The notes under the pieces were generated by a model. That model was not told the origin of the DNA. It did not search any database and was given only the letters and a program-made list of their open reading frames with translations. A DNA stretch of 64,000 bases from Bacillota bacterium (lineage in GTDB: Bacteria; Bacillota; Sulfobacillia; RBS10-35; JAJYVN01), in NCBI GenBank assembly GCA_021803205.1, contig JAJZMB010000162.1:20718-84717 (forward strand), in the 5' to 3' direction. Numbering within the stretch: the stretch's first letter is position 1; every line of letters begins with the position of its first letter. This document shows, piece after piece, positions 17,172 to 26,180 of the stretch. Both the position numbers and the translations under genes were made by a program.

Positions 17172-18199
17172 ACGCCTCTTCTGGGCTCATCGTGTCTCCG
17201 GACCGGTCCGTGGTGCGCCGACGGCGGTTGCCAGTCTCCGGGGAAGTCCTGGTGACCGAGGGGGCTACCGTGCGCGCGGAGGATATTGTGGCACGGGCCA
17301 TGCTCGAGGGGCCGCTGCTGCCGGTACCGGTGGCGGGGCTCCTCGGATGCGAGCCCGCAGGGGTGGCGCGCCTGCTCACCGTGACTGAGGGGATGGCGGT
17401 GCGGGAGGGCGACGTGCTCGGACGCAGCCTCGGCATCTGGCGTTTTGGGGCGCGGGAGGCGCGCGCGCCCATGGCGGGTACGGTGGAACGCGTGTCTCCG
17501 ACCACCGGCCAGATCACCCTGCGCGGTGCCTCCCGCGCCCTGGAGGTCAGGGCGCACCTGCCTGGCGTCGTCTCTGCCGTCTCGCCGGGGGAGGGTGCGG
17601 ATATCATCTGCCGAGCGGCGCAGGTGCAGGGCGTCTTCGGAATCGGGGGAGAGACGCGTGGCATATTGTCCACGGAAGCCTTGCCGGGAGCGGTGTGGCT
17701 GCTCCGTACGGCCGACGGTGATGACCTCCGGCGGGCCGCGGACGCCGGGGTTGCGGCCGTCGTGGCCGGCGGCATCGGCTATGCGGACCTGGGTGTGGTC
17801 CACTCCCGCCGGTCTCCGGTCGTCGTGGTGCTCACCGAGGGCTTCGGCGATCAGCCCATGGCAGACCGGACATGGAACATTTTGCGCGTGCACTTGGGCC
17901 GTGCGGCTGCGGTAGACGGCACGACACAGATTCGGGCCGGTGTGGTCCGCCCGGACGTGGTCATACCTCGTTCCGGGGAAGGGCGCCCCCTACCCTCCGG
18001 CCCACCTCCGGAACTGCGGCTGGGCATTCGGGTGCGCATCGTACGCGAGCCCGGACTCGGCCGTTGCGGGCGGGTCCTGCAATTGCCGCCACTGCCGCGG
18101 ACGGTGGACAGTGGGGTGGTGACGCGTGTCGTGCTGGTGGCGCTGGATGGTGGAGGGGTGCAGACCGTGCCACGCGCCAATGTGGAGGTGGAGTCCTGA
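17162..18199 (+). CDS. conserved hypothetical protein, translationally coupled to the GlmL-like gene
   Basis: It overlaps the upstream stop by 10 nt. GC3 is high. There is no family I can name confidently. Confidence 0.5.
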   Translation: MAMNASSGLIVSPDRSVVRRRRLPVSGEVLVTEGATVRAEDIVARAMLEGPLLPVPVAGLLGCEPAGVARLLTVTEGMAVREGDVLGRSLGIWRFGAREARAPMAGTVERVSPTTGQITLRGASRALEVRAHLPGVVSAVSPGEGADIICRAAQVQGVFGIGGETRGILSTEALPGAVWLLRTADGDDLRRAADAGVAAVVAGGIGYADLGVVHSRRSPVVVVLTEGFGDQPMADRTWNILRVHLGRAAAVDGTTQIRAGVVRPDVVIPRSGEGRPLPSGPPPELRLGIRVRIVREPGLGRCGRVLQLPPLPRTVDSGVVTRVVLVALDGGGVQTVPRANVEVES

Positions 18200-18535
18200 T
18201 CGCCCTACCCGTCTTGGTGGTGTCAGGACCGCGTCGGTCTCGCCGCACACATGCAGTTACAGGCAATTGCCGTTACAGCGCGAAAGCGCGGAATACGCCC
18301 GTCAGCGAGCATCTGGTCGCCGGGGAGCCATGCGGGTGCTGCGGCGGAAGCCCGTGCTCCGCAAGCGTTGGGGTGGCCGCGGCCCACCGAGCGCCGCATC
18401 GACCGGCCCCCCGATGGCCCGGCCCTGCGGCCGAAGGCCCCCCACCGGAATGACTGCCTCGGTTTGTGGCGCGCTTCGCCCAGGAAACGGAGGGGTGTCC
18501 CGGAATAGGAACCGGGGAAAGGAGCCGCGGGTGCC

Positions 18536-19180
18536 TTGACCGAGTCCATGACGGGAGCCGGGGATTATGCGGGCGACGAGCAAGAATTCACGCAACGTTT
18601 GATGGCGTTCACTGAGCTGGCGCAACTGGGTGATTTCGCCCGGGGCTGCCAACGCTGCGGTCTGCGTGCGGGCTGTCGCGGTGTCGTTTTCGGTGAGGGG
18701 GAGCCCCACGCCCGGCTCTGCCTGATCGGCGAGGGACCTGGAGCTACGGAGGACGAATTGGGCCGGCCGTTCGTCGGCAAGGCCGGGGAACTGCTCGACA
18801 GGATCCTCGAGGCGGTGGGCTTTACGCGCCAGATGGTATACATCAGTAACGTCGTCCTCTGCCGCCCGCCGGGGAACCGGACGCCGGAGGAATCCGAGAT
18901 CGCCGCCTGCCGGCCCTATCTCTGCCGCCGGCTGGCGCTGATCGATCCCAGCATCGTCGTACTGCTCGGCGCAACGCCCTTGCGTGCCCTGATCGACCGC
19001 AGGGCCAAGATCACGGCGGAGCGCGGCCGCTGGCATCGTCTCGACGGGCGCTGGATTCTCCCGACGTACCACCCCGCCTATCTGCTGCGCAGCCCTAGCG
19101 CGAAGAAGGACGCCTGGGAGGATTTCCGGATGGTGCGTGAACTGTATCACCGGCTGCACGGGACGGGCGCCGCCGTCTGA
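18536..19180 (+). CDS. uracil-DNA glycosylase, family 4 (4Fe-4S type)
   Basis: GEGPGATEDELGRPFVGKAG is the family-4 motif. LLGATPLRAL ... TYHPAY and the Cys ligands are present. Confidence 0.75.
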   Translation: MTESMTGAGDYAGDEQEFTQRLMAFTELAQLGDFARGCQRCGLRAGCRGVVFGEGEPHARLCLIGEGPGATEDELGRPFVGKAGELLDRILEAVGFTRQMVYISNVVLCRPPGNRTPEESEIAACRPYLCRRLALIDPSIVVLLGATPLRALIDRRAKITAERGRWHRLDGRWILPTYHPAYLLRSPSAKKDAWEDFRMVRELYHRLHGTGAAV

Positions 19181-19341
19181 CTCCGACCGCTGTGCCGGGC
19201 TGCGGCTCGGCCAGGGGTCTACGGCGGCTGGCAGCCGTCGAGGGCGGGGGATCGCATGCCCCCGGGGCTCCACAGCCCGCCCGCGGCGTGCCCACCGGTC
19301 TTCGGGGTGCCCGGACACCGCCCGCGCGGACCCTGTTACCC

Positions 19342-19611
19342 CTACCGGAAGGCCCGCATCACGGCAAGGATAGCGAGAACCGCGGCGACCACCAGCGCCA
19401 CAACGAAGAGCACATGGAACAGCGCGGCCACAATGCCGAACACGGTGGGCAGCAGGATCCCGACCGCCGCCCCGCCGGCCACACCGTACCAAGTCGCCGT
19501 GGAGAGGCTCCCTCCCCGCCCGCGGTGGCCGCCCCCCAGGTGGTGGCCGACAAGTCCGCCGAGAATCGCAAGGATGACCACAAGCCACAAGCCGGGCACT
19601 GGGCGACACAT
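19342..19611 (-). CDS. small hydrophobic membrane protein (about 89 aa)
   Basis: There are two predicted TM helices. GC3 is moderately high. Confidence 0.3.
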   Translation of the reverse strand: MCRPVPGLWLVVILAILGGLVGHHLGGGHRGRGGSLSTATWYGVAGGAAVGILLPTVFGIVAALFHVLFVVALVVAAVLAILAVMRAFR

Positions 19612-19942
19612 CCTTCCAGAACGCTCCCCCACACTGTATCGCGGACACCCGCCCAAGGCGACAACTGACCGACGTGTGGCAGCCGCAGCGGCCATTCCGT
19701 TTCCCCCCCGTAACGTTGCGCCGCGACCGGTCTCAGCACTGACTCGCCCCGACCCGGGACAGGAGCGATTTTTACCCGCGCGGCAACCGTCCGTGCGCGC
19801 GCACGTGAACGGAATGCGGAGGGCAGTGCTCGCACGGCGACGCGAGAGGCACCGTTGACCGGGCGCCGGAGATTGAGGGCCTGGGGCATATGTACCCCCA
19901 GGCCCGAATCTGACTCAGTTCTCTCGATCCTCACGTACCACG

Positions 19943-20031
19943 GTTGCCTGGGACGACCATGCGTGAGTCGGTTTCCATACCGGCCCCGAAGCGTGGACCG
20001 TTGGGGGACAGGGGGATTCTGCGCAGCGGCC
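19943..20031 (+). repeat. conserved approximately 90 nt intergenic motif, copy A
   Basis: agtcggtttccataccggccccgaagcgtggaccgttgggggacagggggattctgcgcagcggcc. It ends 3 nt before the stop of the minus-strand GDSL gene. Confidence 0.6.
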
Positions 20032-20033
20032 AC

Positions 20034-20699
20034 TTAGGCTTCCTGGTCCCACCGGAAGTCGATTGCTTCAAGGAAGACCCGCGCGAGCACCATGTGGCCT
20101 ACAGGGTTCGGATGCACCCTGTCCAAGGCCAGTGTGGCGGGGTAGACGTGCTGGAGGACGCGGTCGAACGCTGCCTGCGTGTCCACGAAGACCGCTTGAT
20201 GATCGGCCGCGACGCGCCGCACCACATGTCCGTACCGATCCATCTCTGCTCGCATCGGATCCGCCCGGTTCGGCTCGATGTAGAAGGGCGTCATCAGGAC
20301 GAGCCCCTTCAGGGTGGGCCTCGCCTGGCCGATCAGTTCTCGCAGCGTCGCCTCGTATTCTTCGAGGTGGACGTGGTTTTCGCGTTGCAAGGGCTCGTCA
20401 AACTGCCGCCAGACGTCGTTGGTCCCGATCATCACCGACAGCCAGTCCGGCGCCAGATCCAGGACGTCCCGCTGCCAGCGCGCCTTCAGAGTGCGCACGG
20501 TGTTACCGCTGACACCCATGTTGACGACGCGGATGCGGAGTGCCGGATAGCCGGAGCTCAGTAGAGCGTTCACCTGCGCCACATAGCCTCGCCCGAGCGC
20601 CTCGTCCCTTCCCTCGCCCACCGGCTGCTTCCGCGCGCAGTCGGTGATGGAATCTCCGATCATAACCAGCTTCTGGTGTGCCCCGATCTTCACGCGCAT
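20034..20699 (-). CDS. SGNH/GDSL-family hydrolase
   Basis: Block I is VMIGDSITD. The catalytic DxxH (LDRVHPNP) is present. Confidence 0.7.
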   Translation of the reverse strand: MRVKIGAHQKLVMIGDSITDCARKQPVGEGRDEALGRGYVAQVNALLSSGYPALRIRVVNMGVSGNTVRTLKARWQRDVLDLAPDWLSVMIGTNDVWRQFDEPLQRENHVHLEEYEATLRELIGQARPTLKGLVLMTPFYIEPNRADPMRAEMDRYGHVVRRVAADHQAVFVDTQAAFDRVLQHVYPATLALDRVHPNPVGHMVLARVFLEAIDFRWDQEA

Positions 20700-20883
20700 T
20701 CCCCCCGGATGATGTTCCTGACCGCCGGGTGGTTATGGGTCCGGACCTGGTCTCCCTGTCGGCGGGCTGGGTATCTTCCGGGGTGCGCCGCTGCGTCGGG
20801 CGGCGCACCCCTGGGCTGCAGCGGGTTTGCGGCGGCGGCAGTGGAGGGGGGGAGCGCGGCGAAGTCACGACCGCGCTGGAGGG

Positions 20884-21546
20884 ATGACCACCATGGCGAC
20901 CGTTCAGCTCTATGTCGACGGCTGTGACGTGAGTTTCGATCCCGCGACGGCGGATAATGTGCGCGCCAACCTGGTGGCGGTCGACGGACGTACGCATATC
21001 CTGCGGCCGGGGGATACTATGTCGCTGGGGTCCGCGCCGGTGCTCGACGGTACGGGGTGTCTCGCTCTGCGGGTGACGCGGGGGGGGGCATGGGCGGCGG
21101 CCACCCCGCCTTCGGTGTCTGACGCGGTCCGCCGGTCGTGGGTCCCTGTGTCCGGATCACTTCCCGCTGCGAGGGATGCGGCGGCCCAACTTGTGGCGGC
21201 TTTGGAGGAGCTGACGCGTGGCGGGCTCACGCCTGGGCAGGCCTTGGCGCGCCTGCTTCCAGGCGGTGGGGGCATAGCCGAAGGGTCCCCGGCGGACTGG
21301 TGGCTTGTGCCGGGTGGGCCCCTGGCCGACCTCCGGGCGATGGCGCAACCCAGACATGTGGTGGAGGGCGGCTGGCGTGTTGGGCGCGCCCCGGACGTCC
21401 GGACCGCTCCTTGGCATGGCGGTCGGCGTGCGCAGCCCCTGGCCCTGGGTGACCCGAGCCCCGTCCCCAGTGTCACCGGGCTACCGCCGCAGGCGGTTGC
21501 CCGGCACTCGCCGTATGGTGGCGGGACTGGGTGGACGCACCGCTAG
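20884..21546 (+). CDS. hypothetical protein
   Basis: The ATG at 20884 gives MTTMATVQLYVDG. GC3 is about 70%. No family was recognised. Confidence 0.35.
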   Translation: MTTMATVQLYVDGCDVSFDPATADNVRANLVAVDGRTHILRPGDTMSLGSAPVLDGTGCLALRVTRGGAWAAATPPSVSDAVRRSWVPVSGSLPAARDAAAQLVAALEELTRGGLTPGQALARLLPGGGGIAEGSPADWWLVPGGPLADLRAMAQPRHVVEGGWRVGRAPDVRTAPWHGGRRAQPLALGDPSPVPSVTGLPPQAVARHSPYGGGTGWTHR

Positions 21547-21800
21547 TCCAGGCGGAGATGGAACGGTTTGGCCGCGGTTCCGGCCGCGCGGTCAAGTTCC
21601 GCAGACTTGTGCCGGAGCGCATCGGCGTCGAGCAAACCCTGCTCGATCAACAGTTCGATCACACTGGCGATGGCCAGCGTGTTGCGATAATCGACCTCCT
21701 GCATGTCCGCGAGCCGCGCCCCGAACTCCACCTCGTTCCAGCGCACCGACACACCGATCTCCCCCCCGCCAGCTGCGCCGCACTTTGCGCGGTGAGCCAT
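21543..21800 (-). CDS. small hypothetical protein (85 aa)
   Basis: GC3 is high on the minus strand. The protein is MAHRAKCGAAGGGEIGVSVRWNEVEFGARLADMQEVDYRNTLAIASVIELLIEQGLLDADALR. Confidence 0.4.
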   Translation of the reverse strand: MAHRAKCGAAGGGEIGVSVRWNEVEFGARLADMQEVDYRNTLAIASVIELLIEQGLLDADALRHKSAELDRAAGTAAKPFHLRLD

Positions 21801-21886
21801 TCGCTTGCTATCCTTCCGGCGGGTGGCGCGAGTATGCGCCGGAGGTGGGCGGCTCGGTGGGAATTGGGCCGGAAGCGGAATGGGCG

Positions 21887-22357
21887 GTGAGGACGGGCGC
21901 CGCCGCGGAGACTGCGGCGCTCGGTCGGCGCCTGGGCATGGCAGCGCGTGCCGGAGATGCGCTATTGCTTTCCGGGGTGGTCGGCGCCGGCAAGACGGTG
22001 CTCGCCGGCGGGATTCTGACGGGTCTCGGCGTTCCCGGGCCGCACCCCAGTCCCACGTTCACCATCGTCCGGACCTATCACGGCCGGCTGCACGCGGCAC
22101 ACCTCGACCTGTACCGGCTCGATGGTGGGTTGGACGCTGAGGAGATCGGGCTCGAGGACATCCTCGCGGGTGAGGGTGTCGCCGTTGTGGAATGGGCGGA
22201 ACGGCTTGGCGCCCTCACGCCGCCGGATGCCCTATACGTCAGGTTGGAGCGGGTCACTGCCGGTGACGAGCGGCAGATTCTGCTTGCACCCAGCGGTCCG
22301 GGGGCCATGGATCTTGTGGAGCGGGCCCGCCGGGTCAGAGCCGGAGGGTGGCGATGA
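21887..22357 (+). CDS. tsaE: tRNA threonylcarbamoyladenosine biosynthesis ATPase TsaE (YjeE)
   Basis: GTG start. The P-loop LLSGVVGAGKTVLAGG is present. YHGRLHAAHLDLYRL is present. Confidence 0.7.
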   Translation: MRTGAAAETAALGRRLGMAARAGDALLLSGVVGAGKTVLAGGILTGLGVPGPHPSPTFTIVRTYHGRLHAAHLDLYRLDGGLDAEEIGLEDILAGEGVAVVEWAERLGALTPPDALYVRLERVTAGDERQILLAPSGPGAMDLVERARRVRAGGWR

Positions 22358-22360
22358 CAG

Positions 22361-23077
22361 GTGATCGTTTTGGGTTTGGATGCCTCCGCCGGCGGCGTTG
22401 GGGCGGCGGTTGCCGATGCCGGTGGGCTGCGGGCGACCGTCTGGGTGGGGCGAAATTCCCGACCGGCCGCGTCCCTTCTGGCTCTGAGCGAACGCGCGCT
22501 GTCGGAGGCCGGGTTGAGTGTTCGGGACCTCCGCGGGATCGCTGTGGCCGTGGGACCCGGATCGTATGCCGGCGTGCGCGCCTCGGTCGTGACGGGTAAG
22601 GCGCTGGCCCACGCGGCGGAATTGCCGCTGGCAGCCGTGGGTTCGCTGGAGGCCATGGCGCTTGCCGCGGGACCGTGGCCTGGTGTGATCTGGGCGGCCA
22701 TCGATGCCCGGCGCGGGCGGGTGTACGCGGCCGCGTTCCGCTGGGAGGCTGGGTGCGTTTGTGTGGTGCAGGATCCGGCACTGCTGGAGCGGCCCAGTTT
22801 TCACGCTGCTGTCGGCGCCCAGGCGGGTCCCAGGCTCCTGGTCGGGACCGGTGTCTCCGAAGACGATCTCGGTGCGCTTGGTGGTATCGCCGCTGAACTG
22901 TGGCTTGGGGCGAGTGGTACGCCGGCGGCCATGGCGGGCGCGGTGGCCCTGCGCGGTCGGGAGGTGCTCCTGGGGGGGCAGGCCGTTGACCCGATTGCGC
23001 TCTTGCCGCAGTACGCGGGGCAGCCGGAGATCGGCCGGCCACCGGGCCCCGGGCGGAGGGCGTCCGCTCCGGGTTGA
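22361..23077 (+). CDS. tsaB: tRNA t6A protein TsaB (YeaZ)
   Basis: MIVLGLDASAGGVGAAV is the inactive Kae1 paralog N-terminus. It starts 1 nt after the tsaE stop. Confidence 0.75.
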   Translation: MIVLGLDASAGGVGAAVADAGGLRATVWVGRNSRPAASLLALSERALSEAGLSVRDLRGIAVAVGPGSYAGVRASVVTGKALAHAAELPLAAVGSLEAMALAAGPWPGVIWAAIDARRGRVYAAAFRWEAGCVCVVQDPALLERPSFHAAVGAQAGPRLLVGTGVSEDDLGALGGIAAELWLGASGTPAAMAGAVALRGREVLLGGQAVDPIALLPQYAGQPEIGRPPGPGRRASAPG

Positions 23078-23152
23078 GGCGCGCGTTGGCCCGGCGTACA
23101 CTGGGGCATCCTCGGGAGTCGTGGGAGTGCGGCGGCCAAAGGCCCTGCGACC

Positions 23153-23659
23153 GTGCTCGAAGGGACGGATGGCGGGGTGGCGGTCCAGCAGGTGCCGGAA
23201 CCCGTGCGTTTCGCGGATATGGAGTTGCGCCACCTGAGTGCGGTGCTGGATATCGAACGGCGCTCTTTCCCCACGGCCTGGTCGGAACGCGCATTCGTAT
23301 CCGAACTCACACAGAACGCCTACGCCCACTATATTGTCGCCTTGCGGGGCCAGCGCGTCGTGGGCTATGCGGGCATGTGGCTCATCCTGGACGAGGCCCA
23401 CATCACCAACATCGCCATCCATCCGAGCGAACGTGGCCGCGGTCTCGGGGACGCCACCCTTTCGGAGTTGCAGCGGCGAGCGGAGGAACACGGGTGCGTA
23501 CGCATGACGCTGGAGGTCCGCCCCAGCAATGCTGTGGCGCGGGCCCTGTACGGCAAGCACGGCTTCGTTGCGCGTGGGGTGCGTCCTGCTTATTACACTG
23601 ACACGCACGAGGACGCCATCATCATGTGGAAGGACGACCTGAAGCCTGGAAAGCCTTGA
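23153..23659 (+). CDS. rimI: ribosomal-protein-alanine N-acetyltransferase (GNAT)
   Basis: A GNAT fold is present (ITNIAIHPSERGRGLGDATL ... ARALYGKHGF). It sits in the expected position after tsaB. Confidence 0.7.
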   Translation: MLEGTDGGVAVQQVPEPVRFADMELRHLSAVLDIERRSFPTAWSERAFVSELTQNAYAHYIVALRGQRVVGYAGMWLILDEAHITNIAIHPSERGRGLGDATLSELQRRAEEHGCVRMTLEVRPSNAVARALYGKHGFVARGVRPAYYTDTHEDAIIMWKDDLKPGKP

Positions 23660-23716
23660 TACTCTGAGCTGGACGGGGACAAGGCCAGCTGGAGTGCCTC
23701 CAGTTGGAATGCCAGG

Positions 23717-23739
23717 GAACCCGCTGTTTTGGCGGGTTT
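23717..23739. terminator. candidate bidirectional terminator hairpin between the convergent rimI and the histidine kinase
   Basis: gaacccgc-tgttttg-gcgggttt forms an 8 bp stem, with a T-run in the loop and downstream. Confidence 0.3.
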
Positions 23740-23769
23740 CCTGCTGCCTCCTTCGGCGGGGTCGGTCAA

Positions 23770-25188
23770 TTACGTGATCGCTGGCAGGATCAGCGTGAAG
23801 CAACTGCCCTGGCCGAGTGCGGTCTCCACCCTGATGGCGCCGCCGTGCGCCCGGGCCAGGAGTTGCGCGATGGAGAGCCCGAGGCCAAAACCGTCCTGCG
23901 CTCGGGAGTGGGCCTCGTCTCCCCGAAAAAATGGTTCAAACAGGTGAGGCACGAACTCGGGTGGTATGCCAGGCCCGTCGTCCCTCACAGAGAGGGAGGG
24001 GGAGGCGTGTCTGTCTTGAGACACACGGACTGTGATGGCGCCCCCCTTCGGCGTGTACTTGAGGGCATTGTCCAAGAGGATCACGACGATCTGCTGCAAG
24101 TGCTCGGGGTCTCCGAATACCTCCACGGGCGACGGAGCATCCAATCGCAGATCCCGGTTTTCGGCCACTACGAGCATCGTTTCGTAAACGCCTCTCGCCA
24201 AGGCCGAGAGATCCATGCGTTCCCAACGGCCACGCTCGGGGCGCTCACCCCGAGCAAGGATGAGCAGCCTCATGGTCATTCGGCGCATGCGGGCGGCCTC
24301 TTCCCGGATCGCGTCCGATGCCTGCTGCGTGACCTCAGCATCCTGCTCCTGCCAGTGCGCCAGCAGTTCCGCGTACCCCTGGATGATAGCCAGCGGGGTG
24401 CGCAGTTCATGTGAGGCTACCGCGATGAACCTTTGTTGCGCGCGGACAGCCTGGGCGATGCGGTCCAGCGCCTGGTTGAGCACAGCCGCGACGTCCCGAA
24501 TCTCATCGGGGGGTCCGCTTTCAGGCAGGCGGGCATCCAGGTTGTGAGCGTCGATGCGGCGAGCCGCGGCAATGATTCCTCGCACCGGGGCCAGGGCCTT
24601 GTTCGCAAGCAGCAGGCCGATGGCGGCCGCCACGCCCGCGCCCCCGACGTCGACCCAGAGCAGAACGCGACGAGCCGCCCGCAGGAAGTCGTCCACCGGT
24701 CCCAGAGATTGGGCGACCTGCACTGCGCCCACCACACTTCCGCGGCGTTGTAACGGCAGGGAGACCCATGCCAACGGCGGCCCCTTGCCCTCCAGGGAGG
24801 GACGCACACCCTGGGCCGGCACGGAGGGAGTTGTGGCCAGGGGCAAGGTACGTCCCTGGAGATTGAGCGAGCGGTTGACGACAGCGCCGGAGTTACTCTC
24901 AACCTGCACGAACTGACCGGATTCTGGTGCCACCAGCACCAGTTCCGCACTGCCCAGGCCCATCTGCACGCGCTCGCCGCCGGACTGTCCCTGTCCCGCC
25001 CCACTGTTGGCGGACACGCCGGAGACGAGCGCGGCGACGGCGGTCGCGCTGTCGGCCACGGAATGGAACGCGTCAGCGGTCAACCGCAGGCGCAGTATCC
25101 CGAGTGCGATGAACGTGCTGCAACCCAGCACGGTCAGGACGGATAGACCGTACCACGTCGTGAGGCGCCATCCGATGCGGCGCTTCAC
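23770..25188 (-). CDS. sensor histidine kinase (TM, HAMP, HisKA, HATPase_c)
   Basis: The H-box VASHELRTPLAIIQGYAELL is present. N, G1 and G2 boxes are present (... GLGLSIAQLLARAHGG). The GTG start overlaps the RR stop (GTGA). Confidence 0.7.
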   Translation of the reverse strand: MKRRIGWRLTTWYGLSVLTVLGCSTFIALGILRLRLTADAFHSVADSATAVAALVSGVSANSGAGQGQSGGERVQMGLGSAELVLVAPESGQFVQVESNSGAVVNRSLNLQGRTLPLATTPSVPAQGVRPSLEGKGPPLAWVSLPLQRRGSVVGAVQVAQSLGPVDDFLRAARRVLLWVDVGGAGVAAAIGLLLANKALAPVRGIIAAARRIDAHNLDARLPESGPPDEIRDVAAVLNQALDRIAQAVRAQQRFIAVASHELRTPLAIIQGYAELLAHWQEQDAEVTQQASDAIREEAARMRRMTMRLLILARGERPERGRWERMDLSALARGVYETMLVVAENRDLRLDAPSPVEVFGDPEHLQQIVVILLDNALKYTPKGGAITVRVSQDRHASPSLSVRDDGPGIPPEFVPHLFEPFFRGDEAHSRAQDGFGLGLSIAQLLARAHGGAIRVETALGQGSCFTLILPAIT

Positions 25189-25940
25189 GGGCAGTCCTCC
25201 CGGAGTACGTACCCGACGCCCCGCACAGTGTGAATCAAGGGGCTGCTCGTCGCACGATCCACCTTCTCGCGGAGTTGTCGAATCATCACGTCGACGATGT
25301 TGCTGGTCCCGCTGTATGCATAGCCCCATACCCGCTCCAAAATCACGTCGCGTGTCATCACTCGGGGTGAATTGTCCATCAGAAAGGCGAGGAGGTCGAA
25401 TTCCCGCCTCGTCAACAAGATGTCCACTCCGTCGCGCGTTGCCGTACGGGCCCGCGGTGCCAGGCGCAGATCGGCGACCTGAAGAACGGGATCGGCGTTG
25501 CCCGCCCGGCGACGGAGGATCGCCCGCATCCTCGCCAGGATCTCTTCGATGTAGAAGGGCTTGGCGATGTAGTCGTCCGCGCCCGCATCCAGCCCGGCGA
25601 CCCGGTCAAGGAGATCTCCCCGGGCCGTGAGCATGATGATGGGCACGTCTGTGGCCGGCGGAGCCGGCTCGAGCGGAAGTGGACCGCATTCGCTCTCGAC
25701 AGGCCCGAAGCGGCCGGAGCGAATGCGGCGGCAGACCTCCATGCCGGTGAGCAGGGGCAGCATGACGTCGAGGATGACCAGCAGCCACCCGCCCTTCGCC
25801 GCGAGTGCCAAACCTTGCCTGCCATCCCGGGCCACGTATACCTCGTATCCGCAATGGGACAGCTCCAACCGCAGCAGATCCGCCAGTCGTCCCTCGTCTT
25901 CGACCACCAGAACGCGCCCGACCACATCTGGAGGCGCCAC
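25185..25940 (-). CDS. OmpR-family response regulator with a receiver-domain insertion
   Basis: The receiver domain (RVLVVEDE ... ILDVMLP) is present. The winged-helix domain (LTRREFDLLAFL ... VRGVGYVL) is present. The GTG start has the RBS GGGAGGGAGG. About 20 extra residues (SGRFGPVESECGPLPLEPAPPATD) are inserted before the PIIMLTA beta-4. Confidence 0.75.
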   Translation of the reverse strand: MAPPDVVGRVLVVEDEGRLADLLRLELSHCGYEVYVARDGRQGLALAAKGGWLLVILDVMLPLLTGMEVCRRIRSGRFGPVESECGPLPLEPAPPATDVPIIMLTARGDLLDRVAGLDAGADDYIAKPFYIEEILARMRAILRRRAGNADPVLQVADLRLAPRARTATRDGVDILLTRREFDLLAFLMDNSPRVMTRDVILERVWGYAYSGTSNIVDVMIRQLREKVDRATSSPLIHTVRGVGYVLREDCP

Positions 25941-26180
25941 TTCAGCACTGCCTCCCTCCCCGAATTCCCGGCCCGGGCAAGAACAAGCGCTCGCACCTCC
26001 GGCTCGGGCCGCCCATTTGTTGAGGCTGTGCCACAATTCCCGGCCGGGGCCGCGACATGGGCACCGAGTTCCATCCTGATGCGGCTTGACCGCCGTCCCG
26101 GCCATCCTGCCACCGGTTGCTGACGGACATGTGACGCACTTCCCGCGTCGCGGATCACATGCACCCCGTGCGGCGACGCG

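Noticed and set aside
16337-17893. 518-aa and 334-aa minus-strand ORFs (16337-17893, 16771-17775)
   Set aside because: They are antisense to the GlmL-like gene and its partner, which have family motifs and high GC3. They are Arg/Pro/Ala-rich, typical of high-GC antisense shadow ORFs.
22232-23803. 523-aa and 319-aa minus-strand ORFs
   Set aside because: They are antisense to tsaB and rimI.
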